Shown: in pieces, positions 19,311 through 29,734 of the stretch | Numbering within the stretch: position 1 is the stretch's first letter | Layout of the letters: every line of letters begins with the position of its first letter | Assembly (NCBI GenBank): GCA_963700285.1 | Contig: CAVOXA010000014.1 | Location: forward strand, 352,001-416,000 | Reading direction: 5' to 3' | DNA from: an uncultured Chloroflexia bacterium | GTDB lineage: Bacteria; Chloroflexota; Anaerolineae; JAAYZQ01 | DNA: 64,000 nt | Notes under the pieces: generated by a model | What the model saw: the letters and a program-made list of their open reading frames with translations, nothing else | Databases searched by the model: none | What the model was told of the DNA's origin: nothing | Translations under genes and position numbers: made by a program

Positions 19311-19700
19311 ATGGAAATCGAACATGTTGCTATCTGGACCAGGGACCTCAAAGGGCTCAAAACGTTCTACGAAGCCTACTTCCAGGCCAAGGCAGGCGTA
19401 AAGTACTCCAACCCGGCCACCGGGTTGGAGTCCTACTTCCTTACCTTCCCCGCCGGCGCGCGAATTGAACTCATGTGTCTGCCGTCGCTGGTCCACCAAG
19501 CAGATGCACAGGAAGCTCCCTGGACCGGGTATGCGCACCTGGCCTTTTCCGTCGGCTCCAGAGAGGCGGTCGATACCTTGACTGCCCGGCTACGGGCAGA
19601 CGGCCATCGCGTCCTGGATAACCCGCGGTACACCGGCGATGGGTACTATGAGGCCAGCGCACTGGATCCGGACGGCAACCGACTCGAACTCACAACTTGA
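19311..19700 (+). CDS. VOC/glyoxalase family protein
   Basis: IEHVAIWT, GYAHLAFSVGS, GDGYYE..LDPDGNRLE. Confidence 0.9.
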   Translation: MEIEHVAIWTRDLKGLKTFYEAYFQAKAGVKYSNPATGLESYFLTFPAGARIELMCLPSLVHQADAQEAPWTGYAHLAFSVGSREAVDTLTARLRADGHRVLDNPRYTGDGYYEASALDPDGNRLELTT

Positions 19701-19941
19701 GTACCCCTCCGGTGGGCCGTGTGAGGCGCAGATTGGACGGGTCCTGTCTGTCGGCTCTGGCCCCCGAAACTCAAGGCGGATGGGTTCGTAGCGGTGGAAG
19801 ATTGCCCTGGAACCGATAGCACATCAAAGGATGGTCCAAGACGTCACACTCGCACCCTTTGCCCCCTTTCGGTGTTGAATGTACTGCGACCTGGATACTC
19901 AGGCAGCGAGTACCGAGCGTCAATCACCATGGGAGGGTACC

Positions 19942-21186
19942 ATGCGCAAGCGAGTCGTGATTACCGGCCTGGGGGCCGTCACCCCGCTGGGCAATGATGT
20001 AGCGACCTACTGGGCTGGACTGATCGAGGGACAGTCTGGGGTTGGTCCGGTCACTGCTTATGATGCCTCTGACCAAAAGAGCCAGATCGCCGCGGAGGTG
20101 AAGGACTTGGACCCTGACGGGCGCCTCGGCCGCAAGCAGGCGCGTCGCACTGACCGCTTCACCCACATGGCCCTGATCGCCTCGGATGAGGCCATGGCCG
20201 ATGCAGGCTTGGACCTCGACGGCGTCGGCAACGGCCATCACGTTGGCGTGATGCTCGGCTCCGCCATTGGCGGCCTGGGAACGCTGCTGGGCAGCCACGA
20301 GGTACTGCTCAGCCGGGGCCCAGGGCGGGTCAGCCCCCTGATGGTGCCAATGATGATGTCCAACGCGGCAGCCGGCGAGATTGCCATCCGCTATGGCCTC
20401 CACGGCCAGTCGCTCTCTGTTGCCTCGGCCTGCGCTACGGGAGCCAACGCCCTGGGCGAGGGAGCAGAGCTGATCCGCCGCGGCGTCGCGCAGGTGATGA
20501 TCTGCGGCGGTAGCGAAGCGACGATGCACCCCCTGGCTCAGGCGGCTTTCGCCAATATGCAGGCTCTTTCAACGCGCAACGACGAGCCTCAGCGTGCCAG
20601 CCGCCCCTTTGACGCGGGTCGGGATGGTTTTGTCATGGGGGAGGGTGCCGGTGTTCTGATCCTGGAGAGCCTGGAACACGCGCAGCAACGCGGTGCGCGC
20701 ATCTACGCCGAGCTGACCGGCTATGGCACCAGTTCGGATGCCTTTCACATCACGGCTCCCGACGAAGATGGACAGGGAGCCACCCTCTCGATGCGGCGTG
20801 CCCTCGACGGCGCCGGTCTCGCCCCAGAGGAAGTGGACTATATCAATGCCCACGGCACCAGCACGCCCCTCAATGATGCCATAGAGACGAAGGCCATCCG
20901 CACGGTTTTTGGCCAGCATGCCTACCGGGTACCGGTGAGTTCGACGAAATCGATGATCGGACACCTGCTAGGCGCGGCCGGAGCGGTGGAAGCCATCGCC
21001 TGCGTCAGGACGCTGGAGACGGGTGTGATCCACCCCACGGTGAACTATGAGACGCCCGACCCGGACTGCGACTTGGACTATGTGCCGAATCTGGCACGGG
21101 AAACGCACCCTCGCATGGCAATGTCCAACTCCTTCGGATTCGGCGGCCACAACGCCACGATCATCTTCTCGGCCTGGGAAGTGTAG
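19942..21186 (+). CDS. fabF: 3-oxoacyl-ACP synthase II
   Basis: RVVITGLG, SACATG, NAHGTST, GHLLGAAG, SNSFGFGGHN (Cys-His-His triad). Confidence 0.95.
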   Translation: MRKRVVITGLGAVTPLGNDVATYWAGLIEGQSGVGPVTAYDASDQKSQIAAEVKDLDPDGRLGRKQARRTDRFTHMALIASDEAMADAGLDLDGVGNGHHVGVMLGSAIGGLGTLLGSHEVLLSRGPGRVSPLMVPMMMSNAAAGEIAIRYGLHGQSLSVASACATGANALGEGAELIRRGVAQVMICGGSEATMHPLAQAAFANMQALSTRNDEPQRASRPFDAGRDGFVMGEGAGVLILESLEHAQQRGARIYAELTGYGTSSDAFHITAPDEDGQGATLSMRRALDGAGLAPEEVDYINAHGTSTPLNDAIETKAIRTVFGQHAYRVPVSSTKSMIGHLLGAAGAVEAIACVRTLETGVIHPTVNYETPDPDCDLDYVPNLARETHPRMAMSNSFGFGGHNATIIFSAWEV

Positions 21187-21295
21187 GACCTTTCCAGGGA
21201 CGCCACGCCGGAAACGGCTTGAGTTGGACGGAGCGGCTAGCCGGATTGCGCGCCCCCGTCGAACCGCTGGCAGTTTCACCTCCCACTGCTCACCG

Positions 21296-22402
21296 TCAGG
21301 GCAGATGCTCCAGAACAAAGTGCCTCTGGTGCAGGGCGGCGCGGTGGAAATGCACCCACAGCGAATCCCAGAACCCGGGTTTTGCCGCGCGCGCGGGCAT
21401 CTGCGCCCAGTCCTGCAGGCTATAGCCATCCCACTCGACCGGCCCCTCGAGGGCGGATTGCCGCCAGGCCAGCTCGTCGTAGGCATATGCCTCCGGGTGC
21501 GGTTCAAACAGGTAGCCGAAGGCCTGCTGCCAGCGCTGGCAGCGCTGGTTTACGTCTCTTGCCTGGAAGGCCCGATATGCGGGCAGCGTGAGATGGTCGC
21601 CCCAGCGGGGCTGCCGGCCCTCCTCGGCCAGAAGCCCTTCGATCTGGGAAGAAATCTCGCTCCAGGGGATCGGGTCCTCGCCGCCAGCCTTGTCCATGGC
21701 CAGCAGGCGGTCGTAGATAGTCTCGCCCGCCTCCAGAAACAGCTCGACGTTGTCACGCTCGATGGGGCGCGGCGGCTGACCGAGATCGCACTTCCAACGT
21801 TGAAAAGCCAGGTCCGGAAAGTAGCCCGCCTCGCCGTGGCCGATGAAGGGCAGCGCGTCAAAGAGTACGTTTTCCACTTTCAGGTGATCCCACGCTCCCG
21901 CCTCCCGGTCATACAAGTGGATTGCCTCCACGTTGTTCTCTTCCCGGCACTCCCATCCGGAAAAGTCTTGGTGAGACCAGGTGTCGGCATAGGTGTGCAG
22001 CGCCACACCGATCCGGCACAGGCGCCGCTCGCGGTGTTCCAGGGGCTCGGTGGCGGCCTCCGCCAGCAGCAGACGGGAAAAATCGGAATCCGATCCCGTG
22101 ACAAAGGTAAAGCCCTCCCCATAGTCCGGGTCAAAGGGCGACAGGGGCAAAAAGTGGAAGGGGATCCAGACCCGTTTCTGCGCGTCCCAGGTCAGGGAAT
22201 GGACCGTCTCCAGGCCGAAATAGGAGGTACGTACCGGATCAAAGTGGGGACCTGCCACATCGTCCCTGAGCTTGAACACCCCCGTCTCTGTCGCATCGTC
22301 CACGTACTGCGACGCGTAGGCCAGGACCAGGGCATCGGCAGCGGCAAAGCCCGCGGCCCGGGCCAGTATGCCGATGCAGTAATAGTGAAAATCTCTTTGC
22401 AT
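21296..22402 (-). CDS. DUF6765-like putative Zn-dependent hydrolase
   Basis: MQRDFHYY, YASQYVDD, PFHFLP, GVALHTYADTWSHQDF, GHGEA..PD; strong RBS before the ATG at 22402. Family name recalled, not searched. Confidence 0.65.
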   Translation of the reverse strand: MQRDFHYYCIGILARAAGFAAADALVLAYASQYVDDATETGVFKLRDDVAGPHFDPVRTSYFGLETVHSLTWDAQKRVWIPFHFLPLSPFDPDYGEGFTFVTGSDSDFSRLLLAEAATEPLEHRERRLCRIGVALHTYADTWSHQDFSGWECREENNVEAIHLYDREAGAWDHLKVENVLFDALPFIGHGEAGYFPDLAFQRWKCDLGQPPRPIERDNVELFLEAGETIYDRLLAMDKAGGEDPIPWSEISSQIEGLLAEEGRQPRWGDHLTLPAYRAFQARDVNQRCQRWQQAFGYLFEPHPEAYAYDELAWRQSALEGPVEWDGYSLQDWAQMPARAAKPGFWDSLWVHFHRAALHQRHFVLEHLP

Positions 22403-22658
22403 GGCCCCCTCCTCATTCAGTCTCGGTGCTGCGCTGCCGAGGGTCAGATCCATCTGCTCTCACCAACCATTTTATCGGTACACCGCAATGGATCCTTACA
22501 GGCTCGGGCGAATCCGTGATTCCCCGGCCTGCGACCAGAAGATGGTGGTCACGGACCAGCGCGGAGCTAGGTCTTGCGGTCTACTGATCATACTTCCGTG
22601 GAAAACGCAACGCAGATAAGTGCAATGCAGCCAGACGGAAAGGCTCTTGAGCCTGGCG

Positions 22659-25600
22659 TCAGTCCTTCCCTGCTACGGACACCGGGCACGCTTCTACGTG
22701 CAGGAACTTGCGGCACTCCTCGTCCGTCAGCGAGCGGGTGACTCGCGATTCGGCCAGGGCCACCAGGTCTTTGAGGTTCAAGGCATACACGCTCACCTTC
22801 TGCCCCCCGCCAGTCGAACCCGTGGCCAGCCGCGCCCCATCGGGGCTGAAGGCTACCCAGGCCAGGGAGTCCTGACCGGAAAGCGTCAGCCGCTCCTGGC
22901 CAGTGTCCATGTCCCAGACCTTGGCCGTCCCGTCGAAACTGGCCGTCGCCAGACGGGTACCATCTGGGCTGAAGGTCAGACCAGGGGAAAATGCCGCATG
23001 GCCCGACAGAGTAAACAGCACCTGGCTTTCTGCGTCTGAGGGGTGATCTGTATCGGCGATATCCCAGACCAGCGCCGTACCATCGGCGCCGATCGCTGCC
23101 AGGCGCCTGCCGTCCGGGCTGAAGGCAATGTTCGCCAGACTGCGCCCAGCATCCAGCGCCTCCAATTCCTGGCCCGTAGCCGCGTCCCAGATCCTTGCCG
23201 TCCAGTCGTCCGAGGCCGTTGCGATATGGGTCCCATCGGGGCTATATGCCGCGCCCTGAACCCAGCTCCCGTGGCCATGCAGGGTGAACAACTCCTGGCC
23301 TGTGCGCGTATCCCACACCTTGGCCGTTCCATCCGCGCTGGAGGTGACCAGGCGGGCCCCGTCCGGGCTGAAAGATGCTTGAAATACAAAACCCGTGTGA
23401 CTGGGTAGAGTGAACAATTCATGACCGGTCGAAGCGTCCCACAGTTTCGCGGTCGTGTCCCAACTAGCCGTGGCCATCTGCTTGCCGTCGGGGCTAAACT
23501 CGGTCCATCCCGCAGCGATTTCGGGGTGGCCGTCCAGGGTCAGTAAAACCTGGCCGGTCGTGCTGTCCCGGATGGCGACTGTGCCGTCGGACTGGGACGT
23601 GGCCAGGCGCAAGCCGTCGGGGCTGTATGCGGGTGCGGTACCATCGACCAGCGTAAGCAGCTCTCTTCCCGGAGCCAGGTCCCAGATCCGGACTGTCACG
23701 TCCTCACCCGCGGTGACCAGGCGCTTGCCGTCCGGCGTAAAGGCCACATCATCCACCAGTCCGGAATGGCCCGCCAGGGTAAGCAGTCTGCGCCCGGTAG
23801 CGGCATCCCAGACCCTGGCCGAGCCATCCTGGCTGGCGGCCACGATCCGCGCGCCCTCCGGGCCAAAGGCCGCAGCCCGCGCCGGCTGTCCGTGGTCGAT
23901 GCTAACCAACGGCTCCGTCGCCCTAGATCCTGGCTCAACGTCCCACACTTTCACCCAGCCATCATAGCCAGCCGTCAACAGGCGCTGTCCGTCAGGGCTC
24001 AGGGCGATATAGATCTCGCCCGTATGGTCGGAAATAACCCGCAGCAGTTCACCCGTCCCAGCATCCCACAACCTGGCCGTGCCATCGGTGCCGGCCGTCA
24101 CCAGTCGTTCACCATCTGGCGTAAAGAGGACACCGATGACGCCGCCAGGATGTACGCTGCCGGCCCGTATCTCGTCGGCATGGCCCGTCAGAACGAGCAG
24201 TTGTTGGCCGGTGGCGCTATCCCACACCCTGGCCGCCGGATCAGCCCCGGCGGTGGCCAGACGCTTCCCGTCCGGGCTGAAGGCGAGGCCGCTCAGAGGA
24301 GCGCCATGATCGATGACGAGCAACTGCTGGCCGGTGGCGGCATCCCAGACTTTCGCGGTCTGATCGTCACTGGCTGTCGCGATACGGGCACCATCGGGGC
24401 TGAAGGCCAGGCCAAAGATAGAGATACCTCTGTGCTCCGTGGCAAAACTCAACAGTTCCAGGCCTGTCGCCGCGTCCCATACCTTCACGGTCCCATCGTC
24501 GCTGGCCGAGGCCAGACGGGTCCCATCGGAGCTAACGGCGACGCTTTCGGGCATTTTCACGTGGCCGGTTAGCGTCATCAACAGGTGCAGTTCCGGGATC
24601 GACTCGTGCAGGGCATTCTCCGCCTCCAGCGTGTAGGCTTCCGACAGTCCCTGCAGGGCCAGCAACACGCTGCGCTCCGGGTCGGCGTCCAGATTGTTGA
24701 TGGCCGCCGCCGCCAATTCGCGTGAGGTGGCGACACGGGCTTGCTCCTGTGCCTGCTGCTGCTGCCAAATCGCAACCACTGCCGCCGCTGCTGCCAGCAA
24801 AACCACCACCGCCAACACTCCCGCCAACCGGCGGAATCGCCCGGTGGCCATGGTCTGCTCTTCGGCCCGCCTCCTCTCCGTTTCAGCTACCTTTTGCGCT
24901 GCTTCAAGCTCTCGCTGCCGCTGGGCTTCCCGCTCCTCTTGTTCGCGCCGGGCTATCTCCTGTGAAACCTGCAGAAACTCGCTCTCCAGAGGGTTCAGGT
25001 CCCCGGCGTGCCCCTCAGCCCACTCGCCGGCCGCCACCAGCCGAGTACCCCGGTACAGCTCGCCCGGCTCGCGGTCCAGCGCTTCCCAGTCCAGCGCCGC
25101 GCTGGTCAGATGGCGGTGGATGCGCAGGCCCTCCCGGTCCTCATCCAGCCAGCCGCGCAACGCCGGCCACTCCCGGATCAGCGCTTCGTGGGCTACCTCG
25201 ACGGTGTCTTCGCCTACCGTGATGAGCCGGGCATCGGCCAGGGTCATGAGCACCGACTCTACGACCGGCTCCTCCTCGGCCGTCCGCACCAGCTCTTCTG
25301 GCGCTACGCGGCGCCGCGTGTCCTGAGTCCCCTCCTCTCCCAGCTCTGTCAGCCGCAGAAAGATATTGTGAGCGATAGCTTGTTCGTCAGGAGAAAAGTA
25401 CCCAAAGACCCTGTCAGCCGTCTGGGCAATGGCTCCCGCCACCCCACCCGAGGCCGCGTACCCCGACAGGGTAAGCATCCGCCCCCGCCGCTGCCCCCAC
25501 GTCTCCAGCAGGGCGTGGGACAACAGTGGCAGAGCCCCCGGCTCGCCGGCCACATCGTCCACGATGGTGTCGGCCAGGCCCGGCTCCAGGCACAAGCCCA

Positions 25601-27443
25601 CGCGCTCCGCCGGCCACTCGACGGCCTGGCGCAGCCCCACCTCATCCAGCGGCCCAACCAGCACGCTATCCGCCAACCGCGCCGCCAGCTCGGGATAGTC
25701 GGCGCAACGCCCGTAAAAGTCGGCCCGGATGGTCGGCACCACCACGGTCCGGCCCTGCTCCGCCTCTACAGCGTGCAGCAGCGCCTTGATGAATGCGCGG
25801 CGTTCCGTCGCACTCCGGCACAGGGCAAAGATCTCCTCGAATTGGTCGACCACCAGGAGCAAGCGTACGCCCCGCGGCTCATCCGCCAGCGCCTGCTTCA
25901 CCGCCAGGTGCATGGCCTGGGGCCGTGCCTGCAACGCCTCATGCAGGGCGCTGGCTTCGACACCCCGCAGCAGCGAGACCCGGACCGCCAATTCCTCCAG
26001 CGGATGGGCGCCAGGGGTCAGGACCAGCGTCCGCCACGCCTCGCTGCCCGGCAGCGCATTCCCCCAGATAGCTGGCAGCAACCCGGCTCGCACTACCGAC
26101 GACTTGCCGCTGCCCGACGGCCCCACCACCGCCAGGAAGCGGGTCCCCGCCAGCCGGGCCGTCAGCTCGGCCACCAGCACCTCCCGACCGTAAAAGTACT
26201 CCGCATCTTCGGCTTCGAAAGCCGCCAGTCCCTTGTATGGGCAGGGCACCTCGGCCGGAGGCAGCAACAACTCCTCTTCAACGACCATTCCGGTCAGCGG
26301 CACAGAGACCGATACCTGTTGGCGCTGGAGGATGAGGTTGGTCTTGACCAACTGCTGCCGCTGCAGATCGAGCTGTTCCCTCTGCATGGCCAACTGCAGC
26401 CCCTGCCGGGCCCGTACCTCCGCCAGCGCCTCCTGCAGATCGCCCAGCATCCAGCGGAACTCACCCAACTGGCTGCCCAGGTCGCCCAATCCCCGAGCCA
26501 GAACTGCCTTCACGTCCTCGGAAGCGGCCATCATGGCCGCTTCCACACCGTGCACCGCTTGGAGCAAGCGGCTGGCACCCGCTTGCAAGGCCAAGGCCAC
26601 AGGCCCATCGCCTTCCCACTCCTGTTGCAGTTCGGCCTCCAGTAGCTGCCGGAGCTTCTCAGGTTCGGCCTCCTGCCGACGCAGCACAAAACCAGCCAGA
26701 AATTCGGCGAGGGCCGCCGCCCCTAGATCGTGAAGCACCCCCACATTCCCTGCCAGCGCCGGAGATTCTGGCGACAAGTCACCAAGGACCGCGGGGAGCA
26801 GAGTGGTGCTCACCAACCCCACCACCAACCTCTCCGGTTCCAGGGCCGCTAGCCGATGACCCTGCCGGCCTACCATCTCGCTGATGGCGCGCCCTGACAG
26901 CGAACGAGGCGGAGGAAACTCGACCTGCGGCAACTCGGGATGGAGCAACTGGTAGATCTGCTGCGGGGCGCTCACATCCTTTAGCAGATGCTCACCTAGA
27001 TCCAACAAGCTTGCCTTCTGGGGGAGGGGTGCAATCTTGGTGACAGCAGGGGTTAGGAGGATCTGTCCGCCCCAGGCCGCGGCCATGATCCGCGCCGTAC
27101 AGTTCACTGGTGGACCATAGTAATCCCCGCCAGTACTGCCCGGTGCAGGGTGCAACTCTGCCTCGCCGGCGTGGAGCCCCACCCGGATACGCAGCCCGCC
27201 GATGGCGCCCCATGCTTCCTCAGCGAACCGCTTCTGCGTTTTCAGGGCACAGGCCACCGGCTCGCCCGCTTCAAAGGCCGCCGTCACGCCGTCGCCGGTG
27301 TGCTTGGTGATCCGGCCGCCGCTGGCCCGGATCTGCTCCTGGAGGATGGCATCGTGCCGGGCAAGGACTGCTCCCATCTCCGCAGTGTGGCTCTCCCAAA
27401 GCCGGGTCGAGCCTTCGATATCGGTGAAAAAGAAGATGGGCAT
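22659..27443 (-). CDS. Class III nucleotidyl cyclase - STAND (nSTAND1-like) NTPase - WD40 repeat protein
   Basis: FFTDIEGST, TGDG, RVGLHAG, G..VN..AR; CPYKGL..F, GPSGSGKSS, VVDQFEE, LPLLSHAL, AHEALIR.W; about 14 WD40 repeats. Confidence 0.9.
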   Translation of the reverse strand: MPIFFFTDIEGSTRLWESHTAEMGAVLARHDAILQEQIRASGGRITKHTGDGVTAAFEAGEPVACALKTQKRFAEEAWGAIGGLRIRVGLHAGEAELHPAPGSTGGDYYGPPVNCTARIMAAAWGGQILLTPAVTKIAPLPQKASLLDLGEHLLKDVSAPQQIYQLLHPELPQVEFPPPRSLSGRAISEMVGRQGHRLAALEPERLVVGLVSTTLLPAVLGDLSPESPALAGNVGVLHDLGAAALAEFLAGFVLRRQEAEPEKLRQLLEAELQQEWEGDGPVALALQAGASRLLQAVHGVEAAMMAASEDVKAVLARGLGDLGSQLGEFRWMLGDLQEALAEVRARQGLQLAMQREQLDLQRQQLVKTNLILQRQQVSVSVPLTGMVVEEELLLPPAEVPCPYKGLAAFEAEDAEYFYGREVLVAELTARLAGTRFLAVVGPSGSGKSSVVRAGLLPAIWGNALPGSEAWRTLVLTPGAHPLEELAVRVSLLRGVEASALHEALQARPQAMHLAVKQALADEPRGVRLLLVVDQFEEIFALCRSATERRAFIKALLHAVEAEQGRTVVVPTIRADFYGRCADYPELAARLADSVLVGPLDEVGLRQAVEWPAERVGLCLEPGLADTIVDDVAGEPGALPLLSHALLETWGQRRGRMLTLSGYAASGGVAGAIAQTADRVFGYFSPDEQAIAHNIFLRLTELGEEGTQDTRRRVAPEELVRTAEEEPVVESVLMTLADARLITVGEDTVEVAHEALIREWPALRGWLDEDREGLRIHRHLTSAALDWEALDREPGELYRGTRLVAAGEWAEGHAGDLNPLESEFLQVSQEIARREQEEREAQRQRELEAAQKVAETERRRAEEQTMATGRFRRLAGVLAVVVLLAAAAAVVAIWQQQQAQEQARVATSRELAAAAINNLDADPERSVLLALQGLSEAYTLEAENALHESIPELHLLMTLTGHVKMPESVAVSSDGTRLASASDDGTVKVWDAATGLELLSFATEHRGISIFGLAFSPDGARIATASDDQTAKVWDAATGQQLLVIDHGAPLSGLAFSPDGKRLATAGADPAARVWDSATGQQLLVLTGHADEIRAGSVHPGGVIGVLFTPDGERLVTAGTDGTARLWDAGTGELLRVISDHTGEIYIALSPDGQRLLTAGYDGWVKVWDVEPGSRATEPLVSIDHGQPARAAAFGPEGARIVAASQDGSARVWDAATGRRLLTLAGHSGLVDDVAFTPDGKRLVTAGEDVTVRIWDLAPGRELLTLVDGTAPAYSPDGLRLATSQSDGTVAIRDSTTGQVLLTLDGHPEIAAGWTEFSPDGKQMATASWDTTAKLWDASTGHELFTLPSHTGFVFQASFSPDGARLVTSSADGTAKVWDTRTGQELFTLHGHGSWVQGAAYSPDGTHIATASDDWTARIWDAATGQELEALDAGRSLANIAFSPDGRRLAAIGADGTALVWDIADTDHPSDAESQVLFTLSGHAAFSPGLTFSPDGTRLATASFDGTAKVWDMDTGQERLTLSGQDSLAWVAFSPDGARLATGSTGGGQKVSVYALNLKDLVALAESRVTRSLTDEECRKFLHVEACPVSVAGKD

Positions 27444-27819
27444 GTCCCACACCCCTTTCCTGTCTGCGGCGCCGAGAACCATGCGGGACTGCGAGAGTGC
27501 TATCGAGCCGTGGCCCGCCGATCACTGTTCACGTGGGACCAATTGTAGCACATATTCCGCCTTACGTCAACGCATCCATACAGATGACGAGCAACGGATG
27601 AGAGTGGACCAGGACATCCAAGATTTCCCTACGCCGTGAGTTCCTTCATATCGCGATACGCTACCCGCAAAGGGGATGCCGATTCGTGCGCGCAGGTGCT
27701 GGGCTGTGGTCCAGCACGAGCGTTTTCGCACAGTCTCGAGCAAATGGTAAAGTTTATGGAAACAGGAAGGCATTCCGCCAATTTAGGTGCAATTGCCCTC
27801 GCGCAGCCACCGGCCGATC

Positions 27820-27847
27820 TTGACACGGAACCGACTCGTGGTACAAT
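27820..27847 (+). promoter_or_regulatory. Sigma70 promoter of the 2-oxoacid oxidoreductase operon
   Basis: TTGACA-16 bp-TACAAT with extended -10. Confidence 0.75.
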
Positions 27848-27903
27848 TAGCCGCAAATCCTGGGTAGCAATGGGTACCCGCCGGCAACCGGGAGGTTGTA
27901 GAT

Positions 27904-28260
27904 ATGACTAGTGAAGAAACGGCGGAGGGATCCGTCGTTCAGGTTTCTGGGACAGGCCAAGCTGGTGCAACCAGCCAGCGTCCCTCACGCCCCCGAGGCC
28001 ACGTCACCATCTTTGAAACCTGGTGCAAGGGCTGCGGCATCTGCATCGAGTTTTGCCCCAAAGGCGTATTTGAGGCCAATGGCCAGGGCCGACCCGTGGT
28101 GGTGCACGGAGAAGCGTGTACGGCCTGCCACTGGTGCGACACCCATTGCCCGGACATGGCCATCAGGGTGCGGCGGCTCACGCCAGAAGAAGTGGAAGAG
28201 CTGGAGGAGCTGGCCGAGCTGGCCGGGCTGGGCGCGCTGCCGGCCGGAGGTGAGCTGTGA
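27904..28260 (+). CDS. korD: 2-oxoacid:ferredoxin oxidoreductase delta (ferredoxin) subunit
   Basis: CKGCGICIEFCP and CTACHWCDTHCPD; overlaps the alpha-subunit start (GTGA). Confidence 0.85.
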   Translation: MTSEETAEGSVVQVSGTGQAGATSQRPSRPRGHVTIFETWCKGCGICIEFCPKGVFEANGQGRPVVVHGEACTACHWCDTHCPDMAIRVRRLTPEEVEELEELAELAGLGALPAGGEL

Positions 28261-29417
28261 CCGCGCAGTTGATGCAGGGCAACCGCGCTTCGGCGCTGGG
28301 CGCGCTGGCGGTCGGATGTCGCTTTTTCGCCGGATACCCCATCACCCCCTCTTCCGAGATCGCAGAGTTCATGTCCCGCCAACTACCCAGACTGGGCGGC
28401 AAGTTCATCCTGATGGAGGACGAGATCTCGAGCCTCGCGGCGGTGATTGGCGCCTCGGTGGGCGGGCTAAAGGCGATGACGGCCACCAGCGGGCCGGGCT
28501 TTTCGCTGATGCAGGAGAATATTGGCTACGCGGCCGTGACCGAGATCCCATGCGTCATTGTCAACGTGATGCGAGCCGGTCCCAGCACGGGACTGCCCAC
28601 CAGCCCTTCGCAGGGCGACGTGATGCAGGCGCGGTGGGGCACCCACGGCGACCATCCCATCATCGCGCTGGCGCCGGCATCGGTGCTGGAAGCGTTTGAT
28701 CTGACGGTGACGGCCTTTAATTTTGCGGAAAAGTACCGCAGCCCAGTCATTGTGCTGATGGACGAGGTAGTGGGCCACATGCGCGAGAAGGTAGATCTGC
28801 CCGATCCCGAGCAGGTGGTGAACGCATCCCGGGAGAACCAGGCCAAAGCCCTGGTACCCATCGTCAACCGCGAGATGCCCGCCGTGCCGCCGGAATGGTA
28901 CGAGCCCTTTGGCAGCACCCCCTCGGACGTGCCGCCCCTGGCACCCTTTGGCGAGGGGTACCGCTTCCACGTCACCGGGCTACTGCACGATGCGCGGGGC
29001 TTTCCCACCGGGCGCCTGGACGAGATCCAACCCTGGATCGACCGCGTGTTTCGCAAGATCGACCGCAACCTGGACGAAATCGCCATGTGGGAAGCGGATG
29101 GCATCGAGGATGCCCGGGCCGTGGTCGTGACCTACGGCTCGACGGCGCGCTCGGCACGACAGGCGATCAAGATGGCCCGCGCCCGGTACGGGCGCAAGGT
29201 GGGATTGCTGCGGCTGAAGACACTGTGGCCCTTCCCGGAGAAGGCGGTGGAGCGGGCTGGCGAGCAGGCGCACCGGGTCATCGTGGCCGAGATGAACCTG
29301 GGGCAGATTGCTCTGGAGGTGGAGCGGATCGTTGGCCGGAAAAAGGTCCTGCGAGTGGGCCGGGCGGACGGTCAGATGGTCACGCCGCAGCAGATCTTGG
29401 ACGCGATGCGGTTGTGA
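28257..29417 (+). CDS. korA: 2-oxoacid (probably 2-oxoglutarate):ferredoxin oxidoreductase alpha subunit
   Basis: FFAGYPITPSSE, MEDEI, TATSGPGFSLMQE, RAGPSTGLPT. Confidence 0.9.
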   Translation: MTAQLMQGNRASALGALAVGCRFFAGYPITPSSEIAEFMSRQLPRLGGKFILMEDEISSLAAVIGASVGGLKAMTATSGPGFSLMQENIGYAAVTEIPCVIVNVMRAGPSTGLPTSPSQGDVMQARWGTHGDHPIIALAPASVLEAFDLTVTAFNFAEKYRSPVIVLMDEVVGHMREKVDLPDPEQVVNASRENQAKALVPIVNREMPAVPPEWYEPFGSTPSDVPPLAPFGEGYRFHVTGLLHDARGFPTGRLDEIQPWIDRVFRKIDRNLDEIAMWEADGIEDARAVVVTYGSTARSARQAIKMARARYGRKVGLLRLKTLWPFPEKAVERAGEQAHRVIVAEMNLGQIALEVERIVGRKKVLRVGRADGQMVTPQQILDAMRL

Positions 29418-29602
29418 GACTCAGGTCTGGGACAGACTGCCAGATCCGTATTCGGTCTAACGCAATGATGGTTGGTAGTGGGTTCCCTTTGACAGGTCCT
29501 TCAAGGACTCGGGACATGCTTCAGCGCCCTGACAGGACAAGAATGCCGGGAAGAAAGACACTGATAGACTCTGACGGATTCATCGGGTAGCATTACACAA
29601 AC

Positions 29603-29704
29603 GTCATTCTGAGCGCAGCGAAGAATCTCTTCTGCGCTTTTCGGGTGATTCCATTTGACAAGGTGGAGATTCTTCGCCTCCGCTGCGCTCCAGCTCAGAA
29701 TGAC
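29603..29704. repeat. MITE/REP-like palindromic element within the kor operon
   Basis: gtcattctgagcgcagcgaagaatct ... agattcttcgc...gctcagaatgac terminal inverted repeats. Confidence 0.8.
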
Positions 29705-29734
29705 ATGATTGGGCTACTGAAAGAAGGTTGGAAG

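Noticed and set aside
21047-26645. Long plus-strand ORFs (490 aa at 21047, 545 aa at 25008 and others)
   Set aside because: Antisense shadows of real GC-rich genes, with no recognisable motifs.
29645-29734. korB N-terminal extension MIPFDKVEILRLRCAPAQND
   Set aside because: It is the translation of the palindromic repeat arm.
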